Below, piece by piece: positions 48,424 to 57,959 of a DNA stretch of 64,000 nucleotides. The stretch comes from Candidatus Kapaibacterium sp. Lineage in GTDB: Bacteria; Bacteroidota; Ignavibacteria; Kapaibacteriales; UBA2268. How positions within the stretch are numbered: position 1 is the stretch's first letter; the number at the start of each line of letters is the position of its first letter. The stretch is from contig OY762428.1 of assembly GCA_963665665.1 (NCBI GenBank), positions 3,232,001-3,296,000 on the forward strand, written 5' to 3'. Made by a program: the position numbers and the translations under genes. The notes below the pieces were generated by a model. It saw only the letters and a list, made by a program, of their open reading frames with translations, did no database searches and had not been told where the DNA came from.

Positions 48424-50268
48424 ATGGATAAGAAAGTAGAGTACCTAAACGAAGCTACAATCCGTTTTGCCGGAGACTCAGGCGACGGTATGCAGCTGTC
48501 AGGAACGCAATTCTCGATCACATCCGGAGCCATCGGTAACGATGTAAACACTTTTCCGGATTATCCTTCCGAAATCAGGGCGCCGGAAGGAACACTTTAT
48601 GGTGTAAGCGCCTACCAGGTAAAATTTGCCGCAAAAAAAATTCATACTTTTGGAGAAGAAATCGACGTCTTGGTTGCAATGAACGCTTCCTCCCTGAAAG
48701 TAAACCTTCCAAAGGTTCGTAAGAACGGGATAATCATTGCAAATGCAGCTGGTTTTGGCAAGAAAAACCTGAACCTCGCTAAATACGAAACCAATCCTCT
48801 TGAGGACGGTTCTTTATCGGACTACCGTCTTTACACGATAGACATGATTGAACAGGTACAGGAAATACTAAAAGATTCCGGTATGTCGCCCAAAAATATA
48901 CAAAGAGCAAAAAATGTTTTCGCTCTTGGTATGACTTACTGGCTGTTCGACAGGCCTTTGGGCCCGACTGAAAACTGGCTTAAGATTAAATTCAAGAAAA
49001 AAGAAACTATTCTTGATTCAAACCTTAAGGTTCTTGAAGCAGGTTATAATTTTGCTAAAGAATCTGAAATGTTTGCTGAGCAATATAAAGTCCAGGCTGC
49101 TGACCTTAAAGAAGGAATTTACAGGAATATTACCGGTAATGAAGCTGTAGCAATCGGGCTGACCGTTGCTGCAAACAAAGCCAACCTGCCGCTTTACCTT
49201 GGATCATACCCAATAACACCGGCAACCGAGATACTTCATTTTATTTCGGGATATAAAAAGTACGGTGTTAAGCACCTCCAGTGCGAAGATGAAATTGCGG
49301 GTATTTCCAGCTCTATTGGCGCTGCGTTTGGCGGTTACTTTGCTGCTACAACAACCAGTGGCCCCGGTTTGTCCCTTAAGGTGGAAGCAATCGGGCTTGG
49401 GATTATCATGGAACTGCCACTTGTTATCGTTGATGTTCAAAGGGCAGGCCCCAGTACGGGTATCCCTACAAAACCGGAACAGTCAGACCTTTTAATGGCG
49501 ATGTACGGACGCCACGGAGAAGCCCCGCTTCCAATAGTTGCTGCCAGAGATGCTGCTGACTGTTTCTATCAGACAATTGAAGCTGCCAGGCTGGCATTAA
49601 AATACATGACACCGGTTATTCTTCTTACTGACGGTTACCTTGCACAGGGCACAAGCCCCTTCAGGGTTCCTAATCTTGACGAATTACCTGATATCAGCGT
49701 TGAATTTGCTAAAGAAGGCGAAGAATATTATCCGTATAAACGCGACCCCGAAACCATGTCAAGGAAATGGGCCATTCCCGGTACTCCGGGCCTTGAACAC
49801 AGGATTGGCGGACTTGAAAAAGATGTACTTACAGGTAACGTAAGCAGCGACCCTGATAACCACCAGAAAATGGTTGATCTTCGTGCTGCCAAGATTGAAA
49901 ATATTGCCAATGATATTCCAGATGCTGAAGTTATCGGCGACCAGGAAGGCGATCTTCTCGTTCTTGGTTGGGGCGGTACTTATGGCGCTATTACTGATGC
50001 TGTTGCCAAGCTTCATAGCGAAGGCAAGAAAGTATCATACTGCCACCTTGTTCATCTTAATCCATTCCCGAAAAATCTTGGTGATATTCTTTCTAAATTT
50101 GACAGGGTACTTATACCGGAACTAAATAGCGGGCATCTGAATATTTTAATCAGGTCTAAATATATGAGGCCTGCAATCGGATTGAACAAAGTTGAAGGTT
50201 TGCCGCTTAAAGCCGACGTGGTTGAAGCAAAAATTAACGAACTCTTACTCGAAAAGGAGGGTAAATAA
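48424..50268 (+). CDS. korA: 2-oxoacid:ferredoxin oxidoreductase alpha subunit (gamma-alpha fusion)
   Basis: FAGDSGDGMQ, GSYPITPAT, QCEDEIA, TTSGPG, QRAGPSTG. Confidence 0.92.
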   Translation: MDKKVEYLNEATIRFAGDSGDGMQLSGTQFSITSGAIGNDVNTFPDYPSEIRAPEGTLYGVSAYQVKFAAKKIHTFGEEIDVLVAMNASSLKVNLPKVRKNGIIIANAAGFGKKNLNLAKYETNPLEDGSLSDYRLYTIDMIEQVQEILKDSGMSPKNIQRAKNVFALGMTYWLFDRPLGPTENWLKIKFKKKETILDSNLKVLEAGYNFAKESEMFAEQYKVQAADLKEGIYRNITGNEAVAIGLTVAANKANLPLYLGSYPITPATEILHFISGYKKYGVKHLQCEDEIAGISSSIGAAFGGYFAATTTSGPGLSLKVEAIGLGIIMELPLVIVDVQRAGPSTGIPTKPEQSDLLMAMYGRHGEAPLPIVAARDAADCFYQTIEAARLALKYMTPVILLTDGYLAQGTSPFRVPNLDELPDISVEFAKEGEEYYPYKRDPETMSRKWAIPGTPGLEHRIGGLEKDVLTGNVSSDPDNHQKMVDLRAAKIENIANDIPDAEVIGDQEGDLLVLGWGGTYGAITDAVAKLHSEGKKVSYCHLVHLNPFPKNLGDILSKFDRVLIPELNSGHLNILIRSKYMRPAIGLNKVEGLPLKADVVEAKINELLLEKEGK

Positions 50269-50269
50269 A

Positions 50270-51325
50270 ATGAAAACCCTATTAAATCAGGTTGTAGATT
50301 TCGAAGATACCACACTCGAAGAAAAATTGAGCCCTAAGGATTTTAAAACTCCTATAGATGTTCGTTGGTGTGCCGGATGTGGCGGCTATTCCATACTTTC
50401 CCAAACACAGAAAATTTTGTCATCAATGGGTATTCCAAGGGAAAAATTCGTTTTCGTATCCGGTATCGGCTGTTCAAGCCGCTTTCCTTATTACGTTGAT
50501 GTATATGGCCTGCATACTATGCACGGACGTGCCCTTCCAATAGCTTCCGGCCTTAAAGTAGCCAGGCCTGACCTTTCTATATGGGTTGCCACTGGTGACG
50601 GTGACGCAATGAGTATTGGCGGTAACCACTTTATCCATGCGGCAAGGCGTAATATGGATCTCCAGGTATTGATGTTCAACAATGCTGTTTACTCACTAAC
50701 AAAAGGGCAGTATTCACCAACATCACTCGAAGGACAGGTAACAAAATCATCTCCGCTGGGTGTTCTGGACGATCCGTTCAATCCGGCAGCTCTTGCCCTT
50801 GGTGCCGGCGCTACATTTGTAGCCAGGGCCTATGACAAAGACGTAAAAACAATGCAGTATATGTTCGAGAGAGCCTCTCAGCACAAGGGATTTGCATTTG
50901 TGGAAGTATATGCAAACTGTGTGATTTATAATGACGGCGCTTTTGATCTCTTTACAAGCAAACAAACACGTAAAGAGCATACTGTTGAATTACGTCACGG
51001 CCAGCCATTGGTATTTGGCAACGAAGATGACAAGGGTATCATTCTTGACGGTTTTTCTCCCAAGGTTGTATCTTTAACTGACGGGAAGTATTCAAAGAAC
51101 GATCTCCTGGTACATGACGAAACCGACTCCACTCTTGCTTTTGTATTGGCAAACATGACTTATAGTACTGAACTTCCAAGGCCAATGGGAGTGTTCCAGG
51201 CAATCCGCAAACCTACTTACAGCGAAAAGGTTGAAGCACAGCTTGAACATCATAAAAATGATCCGGGCGCTTACGACCTGGAAGCTCTGATGAAGGGTAA
51301 AGATTTCTGGGAAATAAAGAAATAA
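50270..51325 (+). CDS. korB: 2-oxoacid:ferredoxin oxidoreductase beta subunit
   Basis: WCAGCG, SGIGCSSR, HGRA, TPP motif GDGD..NN, TKGQYSPT; start 50270. Confidence 0.92.
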   Translation: MKTLLNQVVDFEDTTLEEKLSPKDFKTPIDVRWCAGCGGYSILSQTQKILSSMGIPREKFVFVSGIGCSSRFPYYVDVYGLHTMHGRALPIASGLKVARPDLSIWVATGDGDAMSIGGNHFIHAARRNMDLQVLMFNNAVYSLTKGQYSPTSLEGQVTKSSPLGVLDDPFNPAALALGAGATFVARAYDKDVKTMQYMFERASQHKGFAFVEVYANCVIYNDGAFDLFTSKQTRKEHTVELRHGQPLVFGNEDDKGIILDGFSPKVVSLTDGKYSKNDLLVHDETDSTLAFVLANMTYSTELPRPMGVFQAIRKPTYSEKVEAQLEHHKNDPGAYDLEALMKGKDFWEIKK

Positions 51326-51346
51326 GCTATATATTGCACTAAATAT

Positions 51347-51377
51347 AGAAAAGCCCGCTACTGTAGCGGGCTTTTCT
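51347..51377. terminator. Bidirectional intrinsic terminator
   Basis: agaaaagcccgcta/tagcgggcttttct perfect stem between convergent genes. Confidence 0.85.
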
Positions 51378-51401
51378 GTTATTTCAATCTTTTTGAATTT
51401 A

Positions 51402-52019
51402 TTACATTCTTCTGAATAAATAATAACCGCCAAAAAATAATATAAGGCTACCCAGAATAATAGCTCCCCATTCCGGTAATGTAGGAATAACATCCATTAT
51501 TTTTATCGGGTGTGTTTCATCATCAAGCATAACAACGGCCGGATTGCCTTCCCCGCTTGTTCCGTCTGAAGCAATTACATAATCAATAAAATATGATCCT
51601 GTTTTATCACCGTGGTTTATTGTAAAGTCCCAATTAATAATATCATTCTCGATTTGAGTAATCGAAGAACTAGATTTGCCAAACCACCAGAAATGAGACG
51701 GAGTAGCAGGGTTATCCGATTCGTACATTGCAGAAGCTGTTGCGTCATAAGTGATCGTTCCGCTTTGATCACCGGTATATGGGAATGAATTATTCTCAAC
51801 AGTCCAATTATCAGGCAATTGCATTCCAAAATATAAATTTTCCGGACTGCCGCTTCCCAATGGATGAACACGTACCTTAATTCGTACACTTACGTCAATT
51901 CCCTGGCCGATCATCCCGGTAGCAGGCTGATTGACAAACACAAATTCAAAACAACCGTAAACAATTAATACAATACAAGAGATAAGTATAAGTAACAGGA
52001 GTTTAAATTTTTTCATCAT
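51402..52019 (-). CDS. Exported protein with IPTL-CTERM sorting signal
   Basis: C-terminus IPTLPEWG + TM helix + RRM; N-terminal signal ending VYG-C; start 52019. Confidence 0.8.
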   Translation of the reverse strand: MMKKFKLLLLILISCIVLIVYGCFEFVFVNQPATGMIGQGIDVSVRIKVRVHPLGSGSPENLYFGMQLPDNWTVENNSFPYTGDQSGTITYDATASAMYESDNPATPSHFWWFGKSSSSITQIENDIINWDFTINHGDKTGSYFIDYVIASDGTSGEGNPAVVMLDDETHPIKIMDVIPTLPEWGAIILGSLILFFGGYYLFRRM

Positions 52020-52282
52020 TCTATCCCAAGGGGTTACAAACGTATCAATATTAATGTAATCAAATTTTTTTAAATTTTCAAAAATCATTGGTTTTTTTAT
52101 ATAGATTTTGTTGCTTCAAAGTGTATAATATTTGTTAATAGTTTTATTTGCTCATATATAAGTTGTTTTGCGTTGAAAATTAGTTTTCTGTCAGGTTAAA
52201 ATATTGTTCGCATAAAATATTCTGAAAAAATTTCCTATTTTTGACGATTCTTTGAATTGATAAATATATCAGGCGCCATTTT

Positions 52283-54373
52283 ATGAAAACAAGAAATATT
52301 ACTCTATTATTGATTCTTACCCTGGTTTTCGCTTGTTCGGATTATTCCGGAGATGATATAACTTTTGAAACTGATAAAGATAACTTTCCGGGAAAGCTTA
52401 TTATAAACTATCCGTTAGATAAAACGATCTTTCCCCCGGAGCTGCCCTCCCCGGAAATAAATTGGGATGAAACCGGCGGTTCTGAAAGCTGGACTTTAAA
52501 AGTTGTTTCAGAAAACAATTCGGTATTGTTCGAATCCGTTACGGATACAAATAGTTTCAGGATACCCGCAGAGAAATGGGCAGTGATAAAATCCGAATTG
52601 GTGGGTAAACCGGCAAAGATAATTATTCTTGGTACTGAAAATGCTAAGCCTGATAAAATTATATCCGGAAGCGTTGCGGAAATATCTATATCAAAAGATT
52701 CTGTCGGAGCATCTGTATTCTACAGAACCGTCCCTCTGCCATTTTCATTTGCGGTCAATCATCAGGAACTGATACAATGGCGGCTGGCTGATATATCAGC
52801 CGGTACGGAACCGGATATTGTAATGCAAAGGCTTCCTGTTTGCGGAAATTGCCATTCGTTCACTCCGGACGGCAGCAAATTGGGAATGGATATTGACTAT
52901 GCAAATGATAAGGGATCCTATTATATTGCCCGAACAAAGAAAGACATGACAATTACGGATAAAGACATTATAAGCTGGAGCGACTACCGTAAGGAAGATG
53001 GCGAGAAAACTTTCGGACTGCTTTCGCAAATATCACCGGATGGAAAATATGCGGTCAGCACAGTAAAGGACAGGTCGATTTTTGTTCCGGTGGATAATTT
53101 GGAATATTCTCAGTTGTTTTTCCCAATTCGTGGTATCCTGGCATATTATGATCTTGAAGGCAATAAGTTTGCTTCGCTGAAAGGTGCCGATGATCCCGAT
53201 TTTGTTCAAAGCAGCCCTGCATGGACACCTGACGGAAAAACAATTGTATTTGCAAAAGCGCCTGTATATTATTCTGAAGCAGCAGAAAAATCAAAAAAAG
53301 CAGTATTGCCTACAAATGCGGCAAAGGAATTCCTTAGCGGGGAAAAGAAGTTCAAGTACGACTTGTATGCTGTACCATTCAATAATGGCAAAGGCGGCAA
53401 CGCAAAGCCGATTACAGGGGCTTCCGCTAACGGCATGAGCAATTTTTTTCCTAAATTTTCTCCTGACGGCAAATGGATGGTATTCTGCCAGGCAGAAAGT
53501 TTTATGCTGCTCCAGGGAGATTCCAGGCTGTTTATTTTGCCTGCTTCCGATATTCATAATAAAAATGCCAAACCCCGGCTAATGAACTGCAATATGGAGA
53601 AAATGAACTCCTGGCATTCATGGTCGCCAAACAGCAGGTGGCTGGTTTTCTCTTCCAAGGAAAATGGTGCACATACAGGCCTTTACCTTACTCATATTGA
53701 CGAGAATGGGATCGATTCCCCGCCTGTATTTTTAGAGTACCTGACAATACCCGGTATGGCTGCCAATATTCCTGAGTTTGTCAATATTCCTTCAGACGGT
53801 ATTAATAATATCAAACCTGATTATATTCAATACGATCGATATACTGCCCTTAGAGCTGCTTTGAAAGGCAATAGGGGGGATATCCCTGGTGCTTTAAGGG
53901 AATTTAAAGAAGCTATCGGCAACGAACCTGATAATCCGGAATATTACCACAAACTTGCACTTGCACAAATGGAGATAAGGGCTTTCAACAAAGCACTTGA
54001 AAACCTGAACAAAGCAATTAAACTTGGCTGCTCCGACGAGGAAGTATATTATCTGAAAGGCTATATTCTGAACGAACAGGAAAAATACACAGATGCCATT
54101 GAAGTTTTTGACACCCTGCTCGGGAAAAAACCCAAACACCTGATGGCCAACTATGAGAAGGGGCTTTCTTTATATTACCTGGAACGATACAGCGAAGCTG
54201 TGCCCTTATTCAGCAATGCTATAAAACTTAGCCCTAAGGGCGCTATGGCTTGGTACATGCGGGGCATTTCGCTCATACAGATCGGAGATGGCAATTACTG
54301 CACTGACCTGCAAAAATCTCTTGATCTTGGATTTGCCGGGGCAAAAGAAGCTATCGACGAATACTGTAAGTAA
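52283..54373 (+). CDS. TolB-like beta-propeller lipoprotein with single CxxCH and C-terminal TPRs
   Basis: Lipobox VFA-C; CGNCH; repeats ISPDGK, WTPDGK, FSPDGKW, WSPNSRW; TPR helices. Confidence 0.8.
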   Translation: MKTRNITLLLILTLVFACSDYSGDDITFETDKDNFPGKLIINYPLDKTIFPPELPSPEINWDETGGSESWTLKVVSENNSVLFESVTDTNSFRIPAEKWAVIKSELVGKPAKIIILGTENAKPDKIISGSVAEISISKDSVGASVFYRTVPLPFSFAVNHQELIQWRLADISAGTEPDIVMQRLPVCGNCHSFTPDGSKLGMDIDYANDKGSYYIARTKKDMTITDKDIISWSDYRKEDGEKTFGLLSQISPDGKYAVSTVKDRSIFVPVDNLEYSQLFFPIRGILAYYDLEGNKFASLKGADDPDFVQSSPAWTPDGKTIVFAKAPVYYSEAAEKSKKAVLPTNAAKEFLSGEKKFKYDLYAVPFNNGKGGNAKPITGASANGMSNFFPKFSPDGKWMVFCQAESFMLLQGDSRLFILPASDIHNKNAKPRLMNCNMEKMNSWHSWSPNSRWLVFSSKENGAHTGLYLTHIDENGIDSPPVFLEYLTIPGMAANIPEFVNIPSDGINNIKPDYIQYDRYTALRAALKGNRGDIPGALREFKEAIGNEPDNPEYYHKLALAQMEIRAFNKALENLNKAIKLGCSDEEVYYLKGYILNEQEKYTDAIEVFDTLLGKKPKHLMANYEKGLSLYYLERYSEAVPLFSNAIKLSPKGAMAWYMRGISLIQIGDGNYCTDLQKSLDLGFAGAKEAIDEYCK

Positions 54374-54664
54374 GGTTAATTTGACCGTTAGAAAATTAAT
54401 TGAAATTTTTGAGATCAGGAATCCTCGTGATCATTATCATCGCAGTTTTGTTAATTCAGATTTTGGCATATATTCCTTTTCAAAATACATGTATTATGAA
54501 ACTCTGTTACAGGCAGTGCATAGAAAAGACATTTGCCTTCCCGGTTAAAAAAAAGTCCGGTATTTCTGCTAATATGATTACAATTAACCCTGATCCAAGT
54601 GCAAAGCAAAAAAAACATCTTCCTGCAAATTGCTGGAAGATGTTCAAATATTGTTAGTTATAAA

Positions 54665-55690
54665 TTATTTGCTTTGTTTCAGCCTGGCTGCAAGGGGAAA
54701 TATGGTACTGGAAATTGATTGTCCCATATCAGACAGTGGTACCAATTTGTGGTTAATGCCACTTTGTATCACTGTGTTTGGCATGGACGGAGCAACAGCA
54801 GTATTCGGATCCTGAACGATTACCGTTCCGTTTACGGATGCTATCTGAACAGCTCCCTGGGCACCGTCGCGTCCGAGCCCTGTCATTACCACGCCAATAC
54901 AGTATTTACCAAATGCATCAGCTGCGGAACGGAAAAGAGGGTCTGCTGCGGGCCTTACAAAGTTTTCCTTGGGGCCGTCATCCAGTTTGAGAGTATAGTT
55001 CTTAGGATCAATTCTCATGTGTTTATCCCCGGGGGCAATATAAATATTGCCGGGTTCTGACTGCATGCCGTGGGCACCAATATGGACTTTAAAATTCGAT
55101 TCTTTCTGTAGCCTTTGCGAGAAAGTTTCCAGCATCCAGGGCGGCCCGTGTTGTACTATATAGAACGCAGCATTAAGGTTTGACTGGATTTTCTGGAATG
55201 TTTCAATTAATGTGGGCGGCCCGCCTGTACTTGTTGCAATGGCAACACCTACAAAATCGGGATTAACATCTACATCCCTTGTCAGTACATGTTTATGTTT
55301 AACAGGTGCTTCCTGAATCTTTTTGGACAGGCCGTCTTTCACGCGGGTCAGCATGTCGTCAAGATTTATGGGTTTGGATATGAAATCATCAGCTCCTGAT
55401 TCAAGTGCGTAGGATCTGGCACCTTCGGAAACCAGAGCAGTTATCATAATTATCAGGGGTATATGTTCAATTTTTTCCCTGACTTTACGAATGAGCTCAA
55501 TACCGTCTATCTGGGGCATCATCCAGTCGGTTAGCAATGCGTCAAAGTGGTCGTTCTCCATTAATTTAAGGGCATCTGCACCGCTATGAGCTGCCACAAC
55601 TGAATATCCTGCCTTGGTAAGAATTCTCTTAAGCAGGATGGTATTAGTCATCTCGTCGTCAACAACAATTATTTTTTTTAAGTCTTCCAT
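54665..55690 (-). CDS. cheB: Receiver domain + CheB-type methylesterase
   Basis: REC (VVDD, DWMMP, KP); catalytic STGGP, VQH, MTGLGRDG; PSMP; start 55690. Confidence 0.8.
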   Translation of the reverse strand: MEDLKKIIVVDDEMTNTILLKRILTKAGYSVVAAHSGADALKLMENDHFDALLTDWMMPQIDGIELIRKVREKIEHIPLIIMITALVSEGARSYALESGADDFISKPINLDDMLTRVKDGLSKKIQEAPVKHKHVLTRDVDVNPDFVGVAIATSTGGPPTLIETFQKIQSNLNAAFYIVQHGPPWMLETFSQRLQKESNFKVHIGAHGMQSEPGNIYIAPGDKHMRIDPKNYTLKLDDGPKENFVRPAADPLFRSAADAFGKYCIGVVMTGLGRDGAQGAVQIASVNGTVIVQDPNTAVAPSMPNTVIQSGINHKLVPLSDMGQSISSTIFPLAARLKQSK

Positions 55691-55803
55691 AGGTGTCGGT
55701 TCGGTTTTATTTTTTTTTAACAAAAAATGGTAATCCCATTATCGCTCTTGTTATAATATAATAAAAATCCTGTTTTTTTTTAAACAATTCTTTCCTAAAT
55801 AAC

Positions 55804-55835
55804 AAAAAAGGCCGTGAAAAATTACATTCACGGCC
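55804..55835 (-). terminator. Intrinsic terminator after M16 operon
   Basis: ggccgtgaa/ttcacggcc stem with T-run on - strand. Confidence 0.65.
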
Positions 55836-55853
55836 AGAAATTGTTGAAAAGAA

Positions 55854-57929
55854 TTATTTTTGTTCAGGAACGAAAGTATTATCGTCAATTTCCTGGTTCA
55901 ATTTGTAGCTCAGATTCATAGTAATAGTAAATCTCGGGTTAATCACTTTAATTATTGTCGGTAAAGTGAAATCGCCGAAATCCTTAAATCCGGAAAATTC
56001 CCTGATAGTATTCACTGTGATACCCTGTTGCGTTGTTTTGGTTTCAATTTTTTTAACAAGATAGTCATCGTTGAAATGAATAATATTCTCTTCTTTCCAG
56101 GGGGATACGGCTTTCATAATCGTTACATCGCCCTTCCTGCCAAGAACGGTGCATTCAAACCCGGCTTTGATCATATCCGCAATCGGGAAATATGCTTTCT
56201 CCCAAACAGCCCTTTTCAGTTCATCGCCTTCCTGCTTTTTAAAGCTGCCCATGGCCTCTATCCAGGATTCTGTATCATTTGTCCAGGTTTCCTGCTTTAT
56301 CATTCCAAAATCCATAAGGCTGTAATATTTATTGCCTGATTTCTTAATATCTTTGAAAGTCCCGTCCATATTCATTCCGGAGCCTGTTATCATCGAGGCT
56401 TTTCCTTCTGCTATAAGTGATTTCAGTTCTTTAATATCATCTTCATCTGCAACTGCATCAACATAATTTTCGAGCAGTTCGGCGGGAGTAAGAGAAGTTT
56501 TTTCCAAAGCGGCATTCTCTCCGCTGATCGATTCCATATCTAAATTGTAACTATATACCTGTCCGAGTTTTTCAAGTTGTTTTTTAACTGACGGATCACC
56601 GACTACAACAAAGTATGCTTTTGTAGGAACAATATATTGCTTTGAAATATCCATAACCTGGTGGGCTGATATATTCATCAGCTCGTCAGCGTATTCTTTT
56701 ACTTTTTTTATCGGAATTTCCATAAGCCAGGCATTCTGAATAAGGCCGGAAATAAAGGATGAATTTTCGAGCGACATATTATATTTGCCTCTCTCGTATT
56801 TTTTAATCCTGTTTATCTCTTCATCATCAGCCGGCTGCATTGTCAGGCGCATCAATTCGTTTTTCATCACAATAATGGCTGAATCAGTAACAGAATTCCT
56901 GACATCTGCTCCGCAAACGAACCTGTTCGCGCTTTTTGTTGATGTAACATAGCCGTAAGGGCTGTAAGTATATGAATGGGTTTCGCGAAGTGTGCGAACC
57001 AGCCTGGAGCCAAATCCACCGCCCATAACTGCTGCTGCAAGATCGAGCTGCATATAGTCATCATCGGAATATATCGGTGCAGGTGCTGCAAACATTACCG
57101 TTGACTGAACTGCTCCGGGACGTTCCACGAAATAAATTCCGATCGGGAGGGGCTGAGGCCTCGGAACCCTGATACCCGGTTTGTCTCCTTTTTCCCATTT
57201 GCCGAATATCTCATCAATTTTTATTCGAATCCCGGAAGGGTCAACATCTCCGATAATCGCAAGTGAAGCATTATTTGGGTTAAAAAACCTTTTGTAATGC
57301 TCCATAAGTTTCTTGCGGGTTATTTTATTGATACTTTTTTCGGTTTCAAATGCAGCGTAGGGATGGTTATTGCCATATACCGCTATTCTCGCCATTTTGG
57401 AAGCAAGCTCGGTACTTTGTGATTTCGAATACTCAATTCCTGCAATGGCCTGCTTTTTCATTTTTTCAATTTCTTCTTCGGGAAATTTTGGGTTTGTTAT
57501 CACCTGGTAAAGCATTTCAAGGATTAAATCTATATGCTTTTTCAAGCCTGATGCAGAAACTTTTACGTAATCTGCCGATGAAGAAACTGACAATGAAGCA
57601 CCAATACCGTCAATTTTGTTTGCAATATCATAAGCGCTGTATTTACCGGCTCCTTTTGTCATTAGCGAGGCCATCATGCTTGTAATTCCTGGGAGGTCAC
57701 CATCCTGGGATTCTCCGCCTGGGATCATTAATGAGAAACTAACAACCGGCTGCTCGTGATCTTCGATAATGAATAGTTTTAACTCATTCTTCAGTTCGGT
57801 TTCAAAATATTCCGGAAATAAGAATTCCTTTTCCGGCATTGGCTCCGGTTTTACCGAAACATCAATTTTTTCGGAAAAGGCTGTTCCGAAAATTGCCATG
57901 AATATTATTAAAATTGATATTTTTTTCAT
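55854..57929 (-). CDS. M16B peptidase non-catalytic subunit with extra C-terminal domain
   Basis: No HxxEH; SRL..TLRE.HSYTY motif; signal peptide; about 230-aa extension. Confidence 0.85.
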   Translation of the reverse strand: MKKISILIIFMAIFGTAFSEKIDVSVKPEPMPEKEFLFPEYFETELKNELKLFIIEDHEQPVVSFSLMIPGGESQDGDLPGITSMMASLMTKGAGKYSAYDIANKIDGIGASLSVSSSADYVKVSASGLKKHIDLILEMLYQVITNPKFPEEEIEKMKKQAIAGIEYSKSQSTELASKMARIAVYGNNHPYAAFETEKSINKITRKKLMEHYKRFFNPNNASLAIIGDVDPSGIRIKIDEIFGKWEKGDKPGIRVPRPQPLPIGIYFVERPGAVQSTVMFAAPAPIYSDDDYMQLDLAAAVMGGGFGSRLVRTLRETHSYTYSPYGYVTSTKSANRFVCGADVRNSVTDSAIIVMKNELMRLTMQPADDEEINRIKKYERGKYNMSLENSSFISGLIQNAWLMEIPIKKVKEYADELMNISAHQVMDISKQYIVPTKAYFVVVGDPSVKKQLEKLGQVYSYNLDMESISGENAALEKTSLTPAELLENYVDAVADEDDIKELKSLIAEGKASMITGSGMNMDGTFKDIKKSGNKYYSLMDFGMIKQETWTNDTESWIEAMGSFKKQEGDELKRAVWEKAYFPIADMIKAGFECTVLGRKGDVTIMKAVSPWKEENIIHFNDDYLVKKIETKTTQQGITVNTIREFSGFKDFGDFTLPTIIKVINPRFTITMNLSYKLNQEIDDNTFVPEQK

Positions 57930-57959
57930 TTTATTACCTGGAATTATTTGTTTACAATA

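Noticed and set aside
54400-54657. 85-aa ORF with hydrophobic N-terminus after the TolB-like gene
   Set aside because: TTG start, no motifs; may be a fragment but unsupported
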